Assembly (NCBI GenBank): GCA_050084515.1
Contig: CM114271.1
Coordinates: 4,712,001-4,776,000 of the forward strand
Direction of reading: 5' to 3'
DNA from: Blasia pusilla
Taxonomy: Eukaryota
Length of the DNA: 64,000 bases
Below are positions 61,910 to 64,000 of this stretch, piece by piece; the stretch's first letter is position 1, and each line of letters starts with the position of its first letter. The position numbers and the translations under genes were made by a program. Under the pieces are notes generated by a model that was given only the letters and a program-made list of their open reading frames with translations, searched no databases and was not told the DNA's origin.

Positions 61910-62049
61910 AAACCAAAGTCCCCAAAGTCATGGGACATTGGTTTGCAAAGTGAGCAACGATCTAAACAGAACAGGACGCTGTTGACGAGGCCCTTCGAGG
62001 TCCTCTGTTCATTGTAATTCTTTCTAGCTTTTAAACATTTCTGTAAGAT

Positions 62050-62260
62050 TCAGCAATTTGAACCTGGTTCTTGCCAGCCATGAAATCGTACCAGCGAGGG
62101 CAGGGCCTCGGGAATGGTCAGGCAACTCTGTTCTGCTGATATTGTGGAAATTGTTATGGAAGAGATGACATGAGACCTAGTTTTGTATATGATCAAGTAA
62201 GCTGATTTTTTCAAGTGCTTCTCTGGATTAGCTATCGCTCCACAGTCATGGAGTTTCATG
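62050..62260 (-). mobile_element. RTE/RTEX-like LINE 3' remnant
   Basis: tgaacctggttcttgc...catgaa block shared with 39508-39535. Confidence 0.5.
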
Positions 62261-63039
62261 CTTTGAAATTCTTCTCCCCTTGTGAGTAGTTTGGTGTGCT
62301 TCTAAAGATGGTGTCTCAAACAGGATATTGGTGCCGAAGTATGCAGAGTTGTGTTGAGAGATTGACTGATTTCTGTTCAGTTATTTCCAGGATCCTTTAT
62401 GATTCAAGAAAGATTGGGGGAATAAAGGGACTCTGTTGTTCAACCGAGGGGGTCTCGTTTCTAGATTCTATTGCTTGCACCGGAGAGTACTATTGACAAC
62501 TGGAATGAATAGACTGGTTCTATTCCTCGTTGTGGCACATCAATGTTGCCTACATTGGCACATTTTTCCTGAATTTGAATGTGTCTTTTGTGGTTGGAGA
62601 GTCAGGCTGCCAATTTGGTGACAGGGAACATAATTGAAAGGGATTTGCGAATTGAGAAGGAAGGCACCGTCTTGTTTTTTTTTTTTCATTTTGATTGACC
62701 TGTGGAGTGAATGGCCGAGGGAGATCTTACTATATCTGTTCCTTTGAAAGTCTGATTAATTAAATTAATATTACCAAATATTTAAAAAATGCCAAGTAAT
62801 CTTCACTATGCAGGCATCATGTTAATATTTTTTATTGGTATTTTATTTCTAATAGATTTGTGTAAGTCAAAATTTCTTTTTAATTTTCTGTTGTTTGAAA
62901 AATATTTTCTTATTATCCAATATATTGAGAGGGATATCTGTTCCTTTGAAACTCAGAAGAGGAGCAACAAGGTATCGTGGCAATCGGGACTTACTGCATG
63001 GTTTCTTCTTTCTCATCTCTTACTGTTGTTAGGCCATGG

Positions 63040-63945
63040 CAGGCACTACTTCATGAGCATAGTCTCTGTTATCCCTACTTTGTGTGATGGTGGGGATGAA
63101 ACATTCAGTCACTAAAGTCACTTGCTGTAAAATTTTGAAAACACAGACCAATATTTTAGGTTGAAATTGCATAGCTGAGAGCAGCGGAGCTGTTTTTCAT
63201 GTCCAGTAGGATTCTCTGTCATTATCTGCTGCACTACCAAGCAACATCTTCTGGGGATCCAAATCAAGTAAGGTAGATAGAGTCGTAAAGAGTTTCCCGG
63301 TTGATACCAACACTCTATGTTTCAGCTTTCACTTTATACTAGAGAACTTTCTCCCACTTTTTGGTCCTTCTGTACCCATCCCAGTCTCTAATGGCGTCCA
63401 ACCAGGGCATGGGCTTTCTGGTTGCGAGGGTATGAGAGGGTGCAGATAATGCCAGTAAAGCAGGCCAAATCTTGGATGAAAAGGTTCAAGAGATTGTGCA
63501 ATCAACCAAGCTCCTTGCAGGGCCTGAACTGTGGGAGCAAGATGAGAAACCATTTGTGGATACCATAATCAAAGCAGTGGGCAGACGCTCACAGAAGAAC
63601 AGCACAGAGGAAGCCATGAAAATGTCTGATCTCTCTCTTGACTGTATATCCATAACAAGCAGAACTGAAGAAGTATTTGAGGCGAACCCCTTGCTTGGGA
63701 ACCCCGTTTAAGTTCAAGTTTAGGACGGGGCACAAGAAAAGCAGGATGGGAATACAGCTAAACTCTTGCACCTTGTGTGATGATGGGGATGCAACCTCTA
63801 GTCACTACTTGGTCTCCTGCACAAAATTCACAATACACAGAGCAAGAGCATGTCCTGATATTGCTAAGCTGGTAACACTAGAACTGCTCAACACATTCAT
63901 CAGCCTAGCCTGCCCAATGCTGCTGCACTGGTAAGTAATGTGTGT
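63040..63945 (+). mobile_element. Two rearranged fragments of the RTE/RTEX-like family found at 38330-39300
   Basis: 63550-63945 matches 38575-38990 (FKFKFRTG...CTLCDDGD..SHYLVSC); 63078-63440 matches 38815-39210 more distantly. Confidence 0.8.
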
Positions 63946-64000
63946 TAGGGATCCCGGGACTAACACTCTGGATGGTAATTACTCGTGCTAGACGAGAGTG

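Noticed and set aside
61314-62017. ORFs with ER/SL dipeptide runs; also antisense ORFs over rimM and the TEs
   Set aside because: Translations of microsatellites or shadow frames of real coding sequence.

Overview
Eukaryotic nuclear DNA, most likely a non-seed streptophyte (bryophyte, lycophyte or charophyte alga; inferred from gene and TE content, not proven), dominated by decayed transposons around one intact host gene. The gene is an 11-exon, minus-strand, probably plastid-targeted RimM / UDP-N-acetylglucosamine-pyrophosphorylase fusion (32944-40772). The highlight is a Ty3/Gypsy-type retrotransposon family (copies at 15598-25956 and 47462-59072, a fragment at 42796-44281 and a related solo repeat at 59302-59919). 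Its pol carries a DNMT3-like cytosine methyltransferase between protease and RT and a PHD finger after integrase. Its terminal repeats are permuted (A-internal-B-A-B) with an internal CA-ac-TG end-to-end junction and 4-bp TSDs. It has a self-priming signature instead of a tRNA PBS, and one copy holds an inversion apparently made by integrase at such a junction. Together these suggest integration from a circular intermediate. Also present: a hAT transposase pseudogene, two CRE-like non-LTR elements that host the Gypsy insertions, RTE/RTEX-like fragments, a 466-bp fold-back, and a probable assembly mosaic at about 41.9-44.9 kb. All coordinates were read by eye.
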